Shown here: positions 1 to 13,898 of the stretch, piece after piece
How positions within the stretch are numbered: the first letter of the stretch is position 1
Layout of the letters: each line of letters opens with the position of its first letter
Assembly: GCF_001194135.2 (NCBI RefSeq)
Contig: NC_068984.1
Span: forward strand, 46,556,522 to 46,620,521
Length of the DNA stretch: 64,000 nt
Direction of reading: 5' to 3'
Source of the DNA: Octopus bimaculoides
Taxonomy: Eukaryota
Notes under the pieces: generated by a model
Told to the model about the DNA's origin: nothing
What the model saw: only the letters and a program-made list of their open reading frames with translations
Database searches by the model: none
Program-made: the position numbers and the translations under genes

Positions 1-1419
1 CCTTGGAAACACAATTTATACAGGCAAAGACTCAATTTATGCTGCTCAATAGTTAATCTGCGTCTTCTGAAAGGCAATTTGTGACGTTAAGGACACGATT
101 TACGCAACTTTTAACATCCTCTTAACTAGAGCTGAGTTGATCATCGGGTAGTTGAACTTAATTGGAACAAAAATTGGAAGAAAATAATAAATTAAACAAT
201 TTCAGTGGGTGAAGAAATTACGCTAGTTGCAGCTGTGACAAATCTTTAACAGCAACAAAGCTAGCCTCACTTTCAGAAAGAAGCAACACTTTTTCTTTTT
301 ATTATCTTAAATAGTGTCCAGTAATGAATATTAATAATACATCACCACCACCAGCACCCCCTACATTAGAGGTGGCACGACCTCTCGCTCCGTAAACACT
401 ACATCAAAGTAAATAGAATAGCAACAATTTTCTATATCCATAGCCGTCTTAGTAGCGACGCTTTATGAAAAACTCAGCTATTCTTGAAACTATCCTATTG
501 CAAACTATACGTTATAAACGAGATATAAACTGATTCTATTTTAGTTATAAATTAGATTTGAGAGCACTTTAAAATAATTTCTTTCATAAAACATTCTCTC
601 ACGTAGACGACTAAGGGGGATTGTTTTCAACAGTGGGTATTTGTTGTACAACGAAACTGTAATTTTATTACATGACGGGGTGGGTTTCGGTAAGTAATTA
701 ACAGTAGTGAACAAGATTGCCGCTTCGTAACATTTCTTCAGTTTTTATCTCTTGTTATTATTGTTTATGTGATGATTTTGGTGTTGCTATCGCTTCTATT
801 CTATAAAGCAAGATAAGAACCACAAATACAAATCATTTCTACTGAATACGTGGGTGGCTGTCTGTGCAAGTACATGTATGTGGGGCTTGTTTANNNNNNN
901 NNNNNNNNNNNNNNNNNNNNNNNNNNNNNNNNNNNNNNNNNNNNNNNNNNNNNNNNNNNNNNNNNNNNNNNNNNNNNNNNNNNNNNNNNNNNNNNNNNNN
1001 NNNNNNNNNNNNNNNNNNNNNNNNNNNNNNNNNNNNNNNNNNNNNNNNNNNNNNNNNNNNNNNNNNNNNNNNNNNNNNNNNNNNNNNNNNNNNNNNNNNN
1101 NNNNNNNNNNNNNNNNNNNNNNNNNNNNNNNNNNNNNNNNNNNNNNNNNNNNNNNNNNNNNNNNNNNNNNNNNNNNNNNNNNNNNNNNNNNNNNNNNNNN
1201 NNNNNNNNNNNNNNNNNNNNNNNNNNNNNNNNNNNNNNNNNNNNNNNNNNNNNNNNNNNNNNNNNNNNNNNNNNNNNNNNNNNNNNNNNNNNNNNNNNNN
1301 NNNNNNNNNNNNNNNNNNNNNNNNNNNNNNNNNNNNNNNNNNNNNNNNNNNNNNNNNNNNNNNNNNNNNNNNNNNNNNNNNNNNNNNNNNNNNNTATATA
1401 TATATATATATATAAGGAT

Positions 1420-2670
1420 TTACTTTTCGTAATGAGATAAAAAAAAAATGGCTGCGTATATTTTAGAACATTTATAAATAGAAGGTTTTACAGCTGTTTC
1501 CAGGATATTTATTATATCCTTTCATCGGAGACAGTGTGAGAGGATGGTTAAGCAATAGTTAATGCAGGGATATTGTATTTGTAAATCCATTATTTAGGCA
1601 GAATTGTATACATATAAGATTCCAGTGCCTTCAGAGTAAAATCCAATAGTCCTTAAGATTGGTTATTGCATTTGTAAATCCATTATTAAGATTCCAACAC
1701 CCTATGAGTAAAATCCAAGAGTCTTTGAAATTGGTCATTCCAAATACAGAGTTTATACACAGTGTTATTGAATCAAGGGTTCTATTTAAAGTGAACTAAA
1801 AGTTGGGAATGTATTAGTAAGGTCAAATAGAAAACAGAAAGAGAGGAACAAAGAAAGAAACAAAAAGGGCGAGTGAGAAAGAAAAGAAAAAAGGAAGAAA
1901 TAATAAAAGGAATAAAGAAAAGAAAGGAAAAAGGAATAGAAAAATAGAGATAAGGGAATGTGTACCAGATAGTGGTCAGTGAATATAATAAGAAGGTAGG
2001 AACGGGAAGATAAGCGAAGATAAGGGTAAAAGAGAAAGGTATTATAGGGTAGAAAGATAGAAAGAATGGGGGGTTATGGAGAGAGAGATATAAAGCTTTA
2101 AGGCGTGTCAATTGCAGTGATGGAGTCTAAATGATGGAGTAGAGAAAGGGTGTATTAGTATAGAAAGCAAAATTTAGGAGTTTAGATGGTTGGGCAGGTC
2201 AGTACTAGTAATAGAAAAAAAACATGTGAGAAACTATACATATGTATACGTTAGACATGTATATATACGAAGTTAAAATATAGATTTATAAAGTCATAGG
2301 CATTACCTAAGGGGTATTGTGGAAATGTACTGTATGGTGATTTTGGCATTTGAATTTGTGGTAGAATGTGAATGAGTGAAAAAAGTGGTGATTACATGAG
2401 TTTAGTTCCTCGTTATGTTTATTTATCAGAGCTGGAGAGGTGTGCTTTAAAATGTGAAGTGCCTCCTTCAGGCAAGGTTTGCCGGTTGAGCGTTGACCTC
2501 GGTAGGGAAGCCCTGAGTCCAGTATGGACCATGATAGAATATAGGGTATATTTGTATTTTTGAGATGATGTATGTGGTTGGCGAGTGTTGTAGATTTACT
2601 GTGTTTATCGTATCTAAAAGAGTGGAGGTGAGCGGCATATCGTTGCTTAAAATTTTGTTTGATCCTATAT
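1420..2670 (-). mobile_element. 5'-truncated Penelope-like retroelement: C-terminal GIY-YIG endonuclease, CT-rich 3' region and terminal hammerhead-bearing segment
   Basis: Minus-strand reading YIG(S)..NFKQRYAAHLHSFR..KSTTLANHIHHLK..YILSWSILD..KPCLKEALHIL..LINKHNEELNSCNHH (2307-2670) matches the PLE GIY-YIG C-terminal pattern. A hammerhead-like motif lies at 1484-1533 in the same orientation. Confidence 0.75.
1484..1533 (-). ncRNA. minimal type I hammerhead ribozyme motif, degenerate/variant
   Basis: Minus strand: tgtct-CCGATGA-a-AGGATA-taataaa-TATCCT-g-GAAAC-AGCT-GTA-aaacc. Stem II is a perfect 6 bp, stem III is palindromic (ACAGCTGT), triplet GUA. U4 is C and stem I is damaged. Confidence 0.6.
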
Positions 2671-2684
2671 ATATATATATATAT

Positions 2685-3010
2685 AGGTGTGGCTGTGTGG
2701 TACGAAGCTTGCTTCCCATCCACATAGTTCCAGGTTCAGTCTCACTGCGTGGCACCTTGAGCAAGTGTCATCAACTATAACTACGTGGCAACCAAAATCT
2801 TGTGAATGGACTTGGTGGAAGGTATCTGAAAGAGGCCCGTTCTATATATATATATGTATATATCTATGTGTGCTTGCTTTTGTGTCTCCTTGTCTTCCAC
2901 CACCCCTCATCATCGCTTGAAACCCAGTGTTGGTGTATTTAGGTTGCCGTAGCTTAGCGGTTCGGCAAAATAGACCAATGAAAGAAGTATTAGATTTAAA
3001 AAAATAAGTC
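2685..3010 (+). mobile_element. tRNA-derived SINE, family A
   Basis: Head GGTGTGGCTGTGTGG..GGTTCAGTC..GTGGCACCTTGAGCAAGTG, internal (TA)n, body shared with the copies at 12602, 24698, 53875 and 59815. Confidence 0.85.
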
Positions 3011-6000
3011 ATACATTTATACGAGGGGCTTTATAGAAATTCATAATCCTTAATTTAACTGTCTAAATATCTGTGCGTATGTGTGTATGTATATATTATG
3101 TACGTATGTAGTACGTACTTACACTCACATACATATACACACACACGCATATATATCCGAATTTCATTGAATACACGCCTTATTTCTATGTTTTGACACG
3201 ATTTCAATATTTTTGTAAAAGAAGTGTCTTAAAACCATTTATACCCAATGCTTCCGTTGTTCTTTATGACAATAGTGTTTAATTTGAGGGCGAACTAGTT
3301 GGTATTTTTAGCATGTCAAATGACACCGTTAAGCTTACATCTTCAAAGTTTCACCATGGACTGAAGGCTTCGTTCAGCTGTTCTTAAGTCCAATTAAATA
3401 ATATCTAATATTGATTATTGCGCTGGACTGCATGTAACAATCTACGCATATTTTGCCTTCTTTGCTTTTCCTTCTTTTCATCTATGCATGTAATTTATTG
3501 TTTCATTCATAGAAAATGAAGTCATGGTGAAACCCTTTCTTTTGCGACAGTGCCTGCTTAATTATATTTGTGGCTAGCGCTGTGCACACCCGTAAATTGC
3601 TGAGGTAAACGTATAGAAATCATGAATTTATATTCCTGCATGTCCTTTATATTGTAACTGAACTCTCTAGAACATCTTGTGTCTATAGGATATATCCGTA
3701 GTGTGTTGGTGCTTAATCATTTGTTTGTTGCTGATTATATACGTAATGACAGACATGTCAGTGTTGGAACTTGCTGTGACGAAAGTATTGTAACGTTAAA
3801 CTATTTAGGTGGGCAAGACGTTTACTAGTGTTGCATATTTAGATTTAATGTAAAGGTTACAGATAACATATATAACTCGCATTAGTTTTCATTAGGTGGT
3901 TAAAATTTTTTACAATTAATATTTTACTTGAAATTTTATATATACTGAGAATACAGTTTTGTTGGTGTGAGTAGTTGAAGTTGGGTTTGAGTGCAATACT
4001 ATCATGAATTGTTATGTATTTTTGGTGAGTACATTGTTTGTAAACATTTTTATTCATTTCATGCTTCCGAATACCAGTTTCCTCTTTCATATATAAGGCT
4101 GCTAATATTTCGGCTCTATAGAGAAGGCTAATAGTATTCAAATGGCATTTCTGTTATCTGTGTCTCGGATGATGATTTTATAAACGTTATGATAGCGACT
4201 GTATTAGCAGTTATTTTGTTCTCATATGTGTACCACTTTACAAATGCTTACTAATAAATATATGCACCCACTCAGTCATTTGTCAATAAAGACACACACG
4301 CACGCACGCACACATACACAGGCACTCACGCACAGGCACACAAACTCAGACACGCACGTGTATATATAATTTATATTTTCTCCGAAGTAAACATCTATTC
4401 TATTCTTCTGATGTTTGAAAAATGTATAATGTTGCTATAGCGTTTTAATGTCATGTAAATGCATGCTAAACTTTACAGTTTGTTTACCAGATAAATATGA
4501 ATTTACACGCACAGTCGCACGCACACGCAAATGAGTATGTGGTAAATAAAAATGAATATACGTAGTTGAATTTTTGTTTAGCTCGTTAATTCACTTTAAC
4601 ACTTCATAGACTAAAACAAAAAGGCGTCACCTTATGAGTGAGTTATCGGACACTTGAAGAAGAGAAAAACAATTTACGTACCTCAAAATAAAATAGATGT
4701 TTATGCCTTTCAGATACAACATTCTTTTCTCAATCAAAATTTACTGTAAAATTTTGTCTTATTTCATCCTTTTCATTTTTGTTTTCTGTTTTTTGACCAG
4801 GAAATGAAATTGTTATTTCAATATTATTGTACTGTGAAGTCTACAACTAGACGATATAAACAAAGCAAGATTGGCATCTCTTATTTATCATACTCTATTG
4901 CTATTTATATTATAAAACAACGACACTGTTTACAACTCTGCATTTAAACATTTGCAGACATTTTAAGGAGTTAATATCTAAGTTAATTAATTAAAAGTTA
5001 CATAACCTTATTATAAAGATCAAGTGTGTCACAGAGAGTAAACGTGTGATTTCCTGGTCTTCTAAAAATAGAACTCACATTTTCCCCAAAATAGAGCTCA
5101 TTGTCTTTATAAATGAAAGGATACACGAAATGATATAAACAATAAACAAGCTGTACGTTTATGGCTTGAATGCCTTTGTTCGCATATCTACAAGATCTCT
5201 CTTGAAGCAGGGCTAAAAACAGTTCAACTTTTTAAAGACACTTGACCTTTAACAATATTTCCGTTAGGTAATGCATAAACATGACAACTCCCCTCCAGAG
5301 AAAGACACATAAACGAAAAACACTTTGCTACTACTACAAATAGAATGCAGTTGTTTAACTGAAACTTTATCTAGTAGAAATCATTGCTACCATACAAGCC
5401 ATGTCCACTATCCATAAACAGAATTAACTTGGTCATCATTGTATATGTACCATTACATGGCAAATAATATAAAGATTAATATTTGGAAATAGCTAAAATT
5501 CCATGCTTTCACCTTATGATACTACATCTTTTCGATTTTTATATATCATTGCTTCAAAGGAAATAACTCCTGGGACGAATTATTTGGCCTCAATCCATGA
5601 CCTATTAATATACTAGAAATGATCCAGTTGATTTTACCATTACATTAACAAATTGAATGTAGTGAATAATTATATGTGCGATTGCAAATAACATTGTATT
5701 TGTAACGCATTGACATATGAACGATATTGAACAGTCATTGTATCTGGTACTTCAAAGGAAGGAATTTCCTGTAATACTGTATTTAAAGTACTTCCAGAGT
5801 TATTTAGTGACGGTTGAAACATCTCGCAGCCATTAATATTAAATTCCGACGATCGGAAAATAGTTTACAATGATATTAATATTTACAAATGGTACAAAAT
5901 GTTTTACTGAATTTGAATGCAGTATATGCCATTATCTTTAACTACTGCATAATACTGTATAGGCACTTAATAATTTTCGGTGATTGACAGTGGTTCAAAT

Positions 6001-6308
6001 ATATTTACAACATCTGAATGTTGTACAATGCATTACGAACGTTTACAATATTTCTCTAGTGGATTATAAAAGCATTTCCTTTATGTAATACAAATACGTT
6101 ACAATAATATTTGCAATTGTACGAGTAACCATTATGACCGAATGAATAATGCCGTATCTTCTTATTCGAAGGATTAACAGTTCATATCCTCTCTTTATTA
6201 TTCACTCTCTCATTAATCAGCGAAATCTCTCGAAATGGTTAGAGAAGAGGGAATATTAGGGGCGATAACACCTAAAACAACACTTTCCTTTAGCATTTAT
6301 TTCAAATT

Positions 6309-6535
6309 AAGGCGGCTAGGTAGCAGATTTGTTTAGCACGCCGGAAAAAAAAAACCAGCGGCATTTTGCCCATCTTTACGTACTGAGTTCAAATTTCGCC
6401 AACGTTGAATTTTGGCTTTCTTCCTTTAGGTGTCAATAAATTAAATATCAGCTCCGCACTGAGATCGATGTTATCCATATCTCCGCCCCACTCAAAATTG
6501 CTGGCTTTGTGCCAAAATCAAAAAAGAATATCTAT
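6309..6535 (+). mobile_element. tRNA-derived SINE, family B (CORE-like)
   Basis: GGCGGC..GTTTAGCACGCCGG..GAGTTCAAATTTCGCC..GGCTTTCTTCCTTTAGG; homologous to the 49177 copy. Confidence 0.75.
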
Positions 6536-9129
6536 TTCAAACTAAAGTCAGCATTTCAATGTATCGTTGAGCAGCATATGTTAATTTCTTAAAATTTCAG
6601 TTACCTGTTCCAGAAACTGCTTGTAACGTATTGCCCATATATTCAAGGCACATATATAAATATTATTTACTTAATTATAGATTAAGCGTTGCTCAATAAG
6701 CACTGTGTAAGTATGAAAATTAATTGAATATTCTAGGGAGTAGGATATCAGGTACTATACTTGTGAATTCGGGCTAGAGATTCGATTGCAAGATACATCT
6801 ATTTCTATTTTCCTATTAAAAATACCCGTCTTTCTTCTGCATAAAATATTCAAGTCATGTTAATGTTAAAAATATTTTACAATTAATTTAATTTACCTCA
6901 CAATGTTCGGTCGTTAATGATATAATTTCTTGAACTCTATATTAACGCTTTTCTGTATCTCATCCACCCTAATTAGGTTTTTATATACCCTGCTGCGGCT
7001 CGAAATACACTACTGCGGTCTATCTCGATTAAGAATTTTCATCTTCCAAGCCTAAGTTCTCATGTGAGTAAACACACCACATATTGCTGCAAAACCTCGA
7101 ATTCAGTCGTAGAAAGATTATAAAGTTGACAAATGTTTTTGTATATCGTTTTAGTGCTAAAAATCAGTTCCCTACTTCCAAATATTGCTTTGATGCCGAG
7201 TTAAGATGCATACTTATTAAGCACACGGTATTTTCCAACTATGAAAGTATTTTGGTGCTCACAAACTTTAGCAAATACTTTTTTAATAATAATACGGATT
7301 TATAGAAGAGTTCATAACTTAGCTGAGCATTGATTCGATGAAAGGTATTTCTGTATGGTAGATAAATTTTCATTAGGCAATGCTCCTGGAAAGAAGATAT
7401 TTCTATTTGAAATGCATAAACTTCCATTAAGGTCAGAAGAGTTTAAACAGGATGCGAAAAAAAATTTCGCCTCGGTGTTGTGCACCTTCTGACTCGGTCA
7501 TCAGCACTCTAAGCATTTTTGTGATAAATAAAATGCATAGGTAAAAACTAGAAAGCGGAGGTCTTTCTAAGTGTTATGGAAACATCAATTTAGCTTTATG
7601 AAGCTCTTTCACGTGATTCAAAAATTTACTACATCTACTGTAGTCAATATTTTCCTCTCTAAAGATAACTGTCATTTATCGTTCTTAAGACGGATGATGT
7701 AACTGAAATTCTTGGTGAAATCCATGTAAATATATTTTCCCACCCCACATTTATAGTACTTTTATAGGATGCGATAACGCTTTCATAGTGTTGAAAGCTT
7801 TTTACATCTGCATCAATAATTTGCTTTTCTAGTTGTTAGCCAAATATATACGTAGACATTTCTATTGGCTTTTTCCCAATATATGTCATTTAAATATGCA
7901 TTTTGTTATTTATTTCCTTTCTGATATTCGTGGCCATACTGTTGTTTACTACAAGAATGTCAAAGAAAATGTGCATAGAAAAAGTCCTATCTACAATATG
8001 TTTTTTATGGTAATTATTCAAAGTAATGGTTCTCTGTTTTCCTGTATTCTTTACCATGAATAGTGTTTTCTACTTTGCTTTTTTTTCTTTTCTATTAGGA
8101 CATAACGATGATGAAATATATGGTAAAATACGAAACAATTGCATACTGAAATTAAAAATGTATACATACAAATAAACACAAACACACACACACACAAGCA
8201 TACACTCACTCACACACAAACGCACGAGCGTACACAAACACATACATACACGCACGCGTGCACACACGCGTACACACACGCGAATACTGCAATAAGTAAA
8301 TCGGCAGATTTCATAAATAAAAATGAAAGTAAAGATAAAGCGCGAGAAGAAAGAAAATAAAAAGTGCACGTGTGTTAAGCGAGCAACTTAAATTTGTTTG
8401 CGGTTTTGTGGTAGTTTTGCATGCTCGTAAATTTACTCACAACAGAACGGAAAGTGGGTCCTTTAGGAGGAAGTAGAAAATACACATATAAAGGTTGTTT
8501 TCTAACGTTTGACCTTCAAGCAAATAAAGGGAAAATGTGCAAGATGACAGTGTTGTTGTTGTTGCAGTTGTTGTTGTTCTTCTTACTCATGATGATGATG
8601 GTGATGGAGGTAACAATGGAGAGGAAAAGGATGATAACATTAATAACAATACCAATGTCAACATTTGCTCTTACTTCAAAGATTTTGATGAATACCGTTG
8701 AAATAAATGTACATATGTTTACCCATAATATAATCCCACATATACAAACATTTTAACCAGCATCAATTCAACTTTCATGGAAATGCCTAATGCACTTACT
8801 GCTAATCCGGCTAATACAAAATAAACATTACGAATGCATTATATACTGAAGCAATAAAACAACAGCAGTTGAAATACAAATCATAATAATATTCATAGTT
8901 ATATATAGTGATAATGATGGTGGGGAAGACAAGGCCAACAATAGTCACAAGGCCACACATATTTTGATTTTGTGCTGTCAGTTTAATCCCCCTGTGTACT
9001 TGATTGGAGAATATGTTATAGGTAACAGTATATTAGTGTACGGCAACCAAAGTTAAGATAAAAGAAGTCATATAGCGTATTATTAAATCTTGTCCTTTAT
9101 CTATGACACATTATCGTTTTTAATTCATG

Positions 9130-9275
9130 CACAAAACCATCTGCTCTGAGACGAGGATAATAATTGATTGCATCAACTGCAGTACTTGATGTGTATTTTG
9201 TATTGATGTTTCCTAAACGAGGAAAAGCAAAGTTAACCACGACGACGGAATTTGAACTTAAAACATAAAAAAGCT
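9130..9275 (-). mobile_element. SINE family B fragment
   Basis: Reverse complement of GTTCAAATTCC..GTTAACTTTGCTTTTCCTCGTTT..CAGTTGATGCAATCAATT. Confidence 0.55.
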
Positions 9276-9314
9276 GGAACATTCATCCGTGAAAGGTCGA
9301 ACGAACTCGATTTA

Positions 9315-11600
9315 CGAGTTCGCTCGACCTTTCAGGGACAGTTTCCTCTCGGTCCATTTTTGAGTAAGATTGACTACTCTACTCGTCACCTCGTCCCACT
9401 TTTTCTCCACCTGGAGGTCTGGATTAAAGCAGACTCCAAGTAATTGAACAGGACCATCTGTCCAGTGCCCCACGACCCTGTTGGACGGCTTAAATCTGCC
9501 TCTTCAAGTGCCGAGTTGCAAGCCCAATGACTTTTCCATGTTACTTTTTGCTCCAGTCACTGCTTCATATTCTTTTAGTGTGTTGCTATTCAGGTCTATA
9601 TGCCTGTGGGCTCGACACTATGACGTTGACATCGTCAGTGTAAGCAGAAGCACCTCCTCCACATCCTAGGTTACACGGGAGACCCATCAAAAAGTCCAGC
9701 TTCCGCAGCGATGGCTCAAGAATCAGCACATGCAGAAGAGAGGAGAGAGGATACCGTTGACGGACTGAACGCAAGATGTTGAATGTTTCCCACAGGTGAC
9801 CAATCACCCAAACAATCGAGTGGATGCCGCTGTACAAAGCAGTGATCCAACCGCGGAAAACTGTACCGAAACCCACATCCCTGAGGGCAGCTGCCAAGTA
9901 TTGATGATCGACCCTATCAAAGGCTTTAGATTGATCTAAATTGATCAGAAACCCACCCAAACTAGTTTCATTACCCACCCTCACTATGATGTAGCACATG
10001 TTGCCGAATATAAACCTGATCGGGATTGCGCAGGTTTACGTCTCCGCGACCAAATCCTCAACGACAAGCGCCAACAGCTTCGCAAGCACCTAGGCCAAAA
10101 TCTTAAATTCTGTGTTTGGGAGAGTTATGGGCTTGAACTTATCTAATGTGTCGCTCTTGTTTTCGTCTTTCCAGACCAGCGTCACTACGCCCCGGCTCAT
10201 AGAACTGGGAATACTCTCGTTCTGCTGCAGTGGAGAGTTTCAAGGTGATCGGAGAACATGTCTGGCATATTTGCGTAAAGCTCGTAGAGCGGACCATCTA
10301 AACCGAGTGACCTGCGCCTCGTGCAGCCGACAAGGAGATCCTGAATTTCGACTGAACTTACCTGACTTTCGCAGCGCTTAGCGTTGGCCGTTGAGCGACT
10401 CGACAAGCCGCTGCGGTAGGGACTGAAGTCTCCCACTGTCTCCGCCCCACCACTGTCTCCGCTCCGCCACTCTCCCCGAACAACCGAGCAAAGTGATGGC
10501 GAAATCCTAACACGTCTGCCTGGAATCGCTCAGCACGTTGCACCTCCACCACGCGAGCTCATCAAACAACTTTGATTCTCTCATTTCTCAGGACACGCGC
10601 CTTGGTTCTGTCATTCTAGCTGCTAGCCCGTCGGTTGCAAGGCCATTACAAATTGTCTCGGCTAATTTAGCTACTAACTCCTCAACATTTCTTTTTTTTT
10701 TCTTAACGGTACTTCTTTGATAAATCCTGTCGATATGACTCTAATCCCTCTTTTGAGAGTCGCCCACCACTTGTTATTGACGATCCACTATAAACTTTTG
10801 CTTAACTAAATTGTTGACCCGGTCCTTGTAAGCCTTACATCCCGGAAACAAAATGTTCAGCTTCCAGTACCCGGGTCTTCATTTTCACGTCTTATCTAGG
10901 TCGACCGTACAGATTACAAACTTATGATCTGAATAGGCGAACGTTTTAAAAAGTGGACATCCTCCACTATTACTATCTATTTTCGTAGTTAAAATCTGAT
11001 CTATATACGATCTAGATGACCCTACGCAGTTGGCGCAGATCCACACTGGCGCATTAGGGAAATCTCGTCGGTACCTGTTAGACAGCTCGTACTAGCTGAT
11101 CAGGAACTTCAGGCTTTTGCACCCCTCCGCTTCTCCCAGATAATCCTAGCGTTCATCTAATATTCTGTTCCAGTCCCCCACCACCAACTATAAATGGCGA
11201 GACCTAGCTAGAAAGGCTTCGTGACTCCTAAAGACATCCGGCCGTTTGGTTCTTTCAGTAGCCACGAGACGTTCACCAGTCTAAGGACACCACCTACACT
11301 ATTGCTCACGTCCAGGACCACCAACTTCCTGTCTGTGTCTCGGAAGAACGACCTTACCTCGGGATCCAGTTCTTCCCTAAAGATCACTGCCACTCCACCT
11401 CCCATTTCCGTTCGACTGACAGATGCAAAGATATGATAGTCATCGAAAATGGGGGCTAGTACGCGTGTGTTAGAAATCCTGGTCTCACTGACAGCAATTG
11501 CATCCAATCCTAAAGACCTGAGGTCGTTGAGCAGGAACCCTTTCTTCCAGAGTGACTTCTGGCCTCAGACATTTAAAATTCCTACTCTTAATATTGCCAT
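9315..11600 (-). pseudogene. ORF2 of the Tx1-like LINE (APE endonuclease + reverse transcriptase), with stops and frameshifts
   Basis: MAILRVGILNV*G..LDAIAVSETR..GGGVAV (APE); LINLDQSKAFDRVDHQYL, VRQRYPLSSLL, AYTDDV (RT); GHWTDGPVQLLGVCFNPDLQVEKKW..RKLSLKGRA, then truncated. Confidence 0.85.
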
Positions 11601-11631
11601 GTTGGCAAGAAAAAGAAAAAAAGGGAAAAGT

Positions 11632-13867
11632 TTAATTACTCCTCCCCACATCCACTACCACCGGTGTCTTGTGAAGGTCTAGTGGTTCGACTTCTATAAT
11701 TGGTAGGGTTTTGGGGGTAATCCTTTTAAAAGTGGGTTTCACGTTTGCGATTCCCACGTCCCCAGCAAAGCTCCCTCGAATTCTTATGTAGGAATCAAGC
11801 GACATTCGCACCAGAAACAAATCTTTTGGCACGCTAAATGTGCTTGGGTTCGAAGATCACACCTCCAGTTTCCAATTCAATGTTGTTTTTGTTTTTGCTA
11901 CGAGAACCATCAATTCCAAGTTGTCCCTTCTGATGAGTACGAAGTTGGGTGTTTTGTGTTGGTGTTGTTTCATTTGTTTGCTTGACTATAGCGGTAATTG
12001 TCTTGTTTTGGTTGTGTCTGTATTTGCTTTGGCGTTGGTATCTGCAGTTTTAGATGTTTGTGTGAGTGTTTGTTCTTGCGTCCATTTAAGTTGTTTGTGT
12101 TTGGGGGATTCTGGTGATAGTGATGGTATTAGATATTTTGGTGTTGGTATTATTGGAGAGACGTTTGCGTGGGTTCCGTCTGTACTTTTTATTGTGGGTA
12201 TTGTTATGCTTTATGGAGTTTTCTTTCTTTTTTTTTTGTTTTACTTTTGGGACTTTTGGTTTTCCCTCATCTTCACAACTGGAAGGTTAGGGATCTGTGG
12301 TTGTGTGTCTGTGTCTGTTTGTATGTTTATATTCTTAGTTATATGTGCATGTTTTGGTGTGAGGTGGGTGGGAGAGCTTTGCTTGTTTCCACCTATTGTG
12401 GGTAATGTCTTTGGTGTTGTTTCGTTTCTTGTTGCTGGTGGTTTTTCCGGTGCTGATGTTGGTTGTTGCCTCCCCCCATCTCAGCGTAGGTAGCAGTGGA
12501 TGCCATCGACCCCTTGTACATTTTGTCACTTGAGGGGAGCTAGCTCGCAAATGAGTTGTTTCTCCACAAACGAAATACTGCGGTCTTCTGCCTTCAGTCA
12601 TAGGAGTGGCTGTGTGGTAAGTAGCTTGCTTACCAACCACGTGATCCTGGGTTCAGTCCCACTTCGTGGCACCTTGTGCGAGTTTCTTCTACTATGGACT
12701 CAGGCCGACTAAAGACTTGTGAGTGGATTTGGTAGACGGAAACTGAAAGAAGCCCGTCGTATATATGTATATATATATATATATNNNNNNNNNNNNNNNN
12801 NNNNNNNNNNNNNNNNNNNNNNNNNNNNNNNNNNNNNNNNATATATTTATATATATATGTATATTTATATGTGTGTGTATATGTTTGTGTGTCTGTGTTT
12901 GTCCCCCCAACATCGCTTGACAACAGATACTGGTGTGTTTACGTCCCCGTAACTTAACGGTTCGGCACAAGAGACCGATAGAATAAGTACTAGGCTTACA
13001 AAGAATGAGTCCTGGGTTCGATTTGCTCAAGTAAAGGCGGTGCTCCAGCATAGCCGCAGTCAAATGACTGAAACACGTAAAAGAGTAAAAGAGTAATAGA
13101 AAATATCTCCAGATCCACCCAGGCCCAGTCCTCCCCTGCAGTTCTTGTCACTTCTATCGGGACCATATCTGACCCTCGTTCGATTACGCATCCCACAAAC
13201 CACCACATGTCAAGTCCCGGTGGAATCCTGGGAATGCGGACAAGTGTTGTTCCTTTCCCCATATGGGATGGGTACATAATGACATTGCTGGTTTTGCAAG
13301 GGGTCATTGAATGTTTTATAGCGAGGGCTTCTGACTTAAAAAAGCACCGAAATGGTGCCGTATTGTCTGCTATGTAATCGGTATCATCCCTGATATATCT
13401 CAGAGCAGCTTCAATATCTGCCTGTGCCATTATTGCCGGTAACTTCGTTCCTGCTGAGAAGCAATTGAATTGAACTCATTTTCCTTCCATTGCTTCAATT
13501 GCCTCTTTTTGTATGGTTAGGTTGGCCCAGGTCTGTTTATGTTTGAAGAGCATCTATGCCTGCGCAAATTTCCCCTCTTTGTTTGCGATCTATGCCATAA
13601 AGAGGTCTCCTTTTGCTTGCTGCTTCAGCGAATGTGTTCTTGTTCTTGTTGTTGGTAATATTGATATTGTTGTTCTCATTGGTGTTAGTTTTATTGTTAC
13701 TGCTGATATTGCGTCGTTTTTGTTACCGCCACTACCTTTCGTAGTGTTGCAGCTTTTGTTGTCTCCACGGCTACTGCTTCCGCCATCTCTTGTCACTGCT
13801 GCTGTTTTTGTTGTAACTAATTTCATAAGCTTCGCAAGCTTTCACACTGCTTAGGCTTCTACTACTT

Positions 13868-13898
<31 letters not shown>

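Noticed and set aside
330-665. Possible old PLE endonuclease end and hammerhead near 600-662
   Set aside because: Motifs are too degenerate to distinguish from chance.
850-1440. Long ORFs in the track here and at 32020, 54099, 58611 and 62677
   Set aside because: They are open only because they run through N-gaps and (TA)n repeats.
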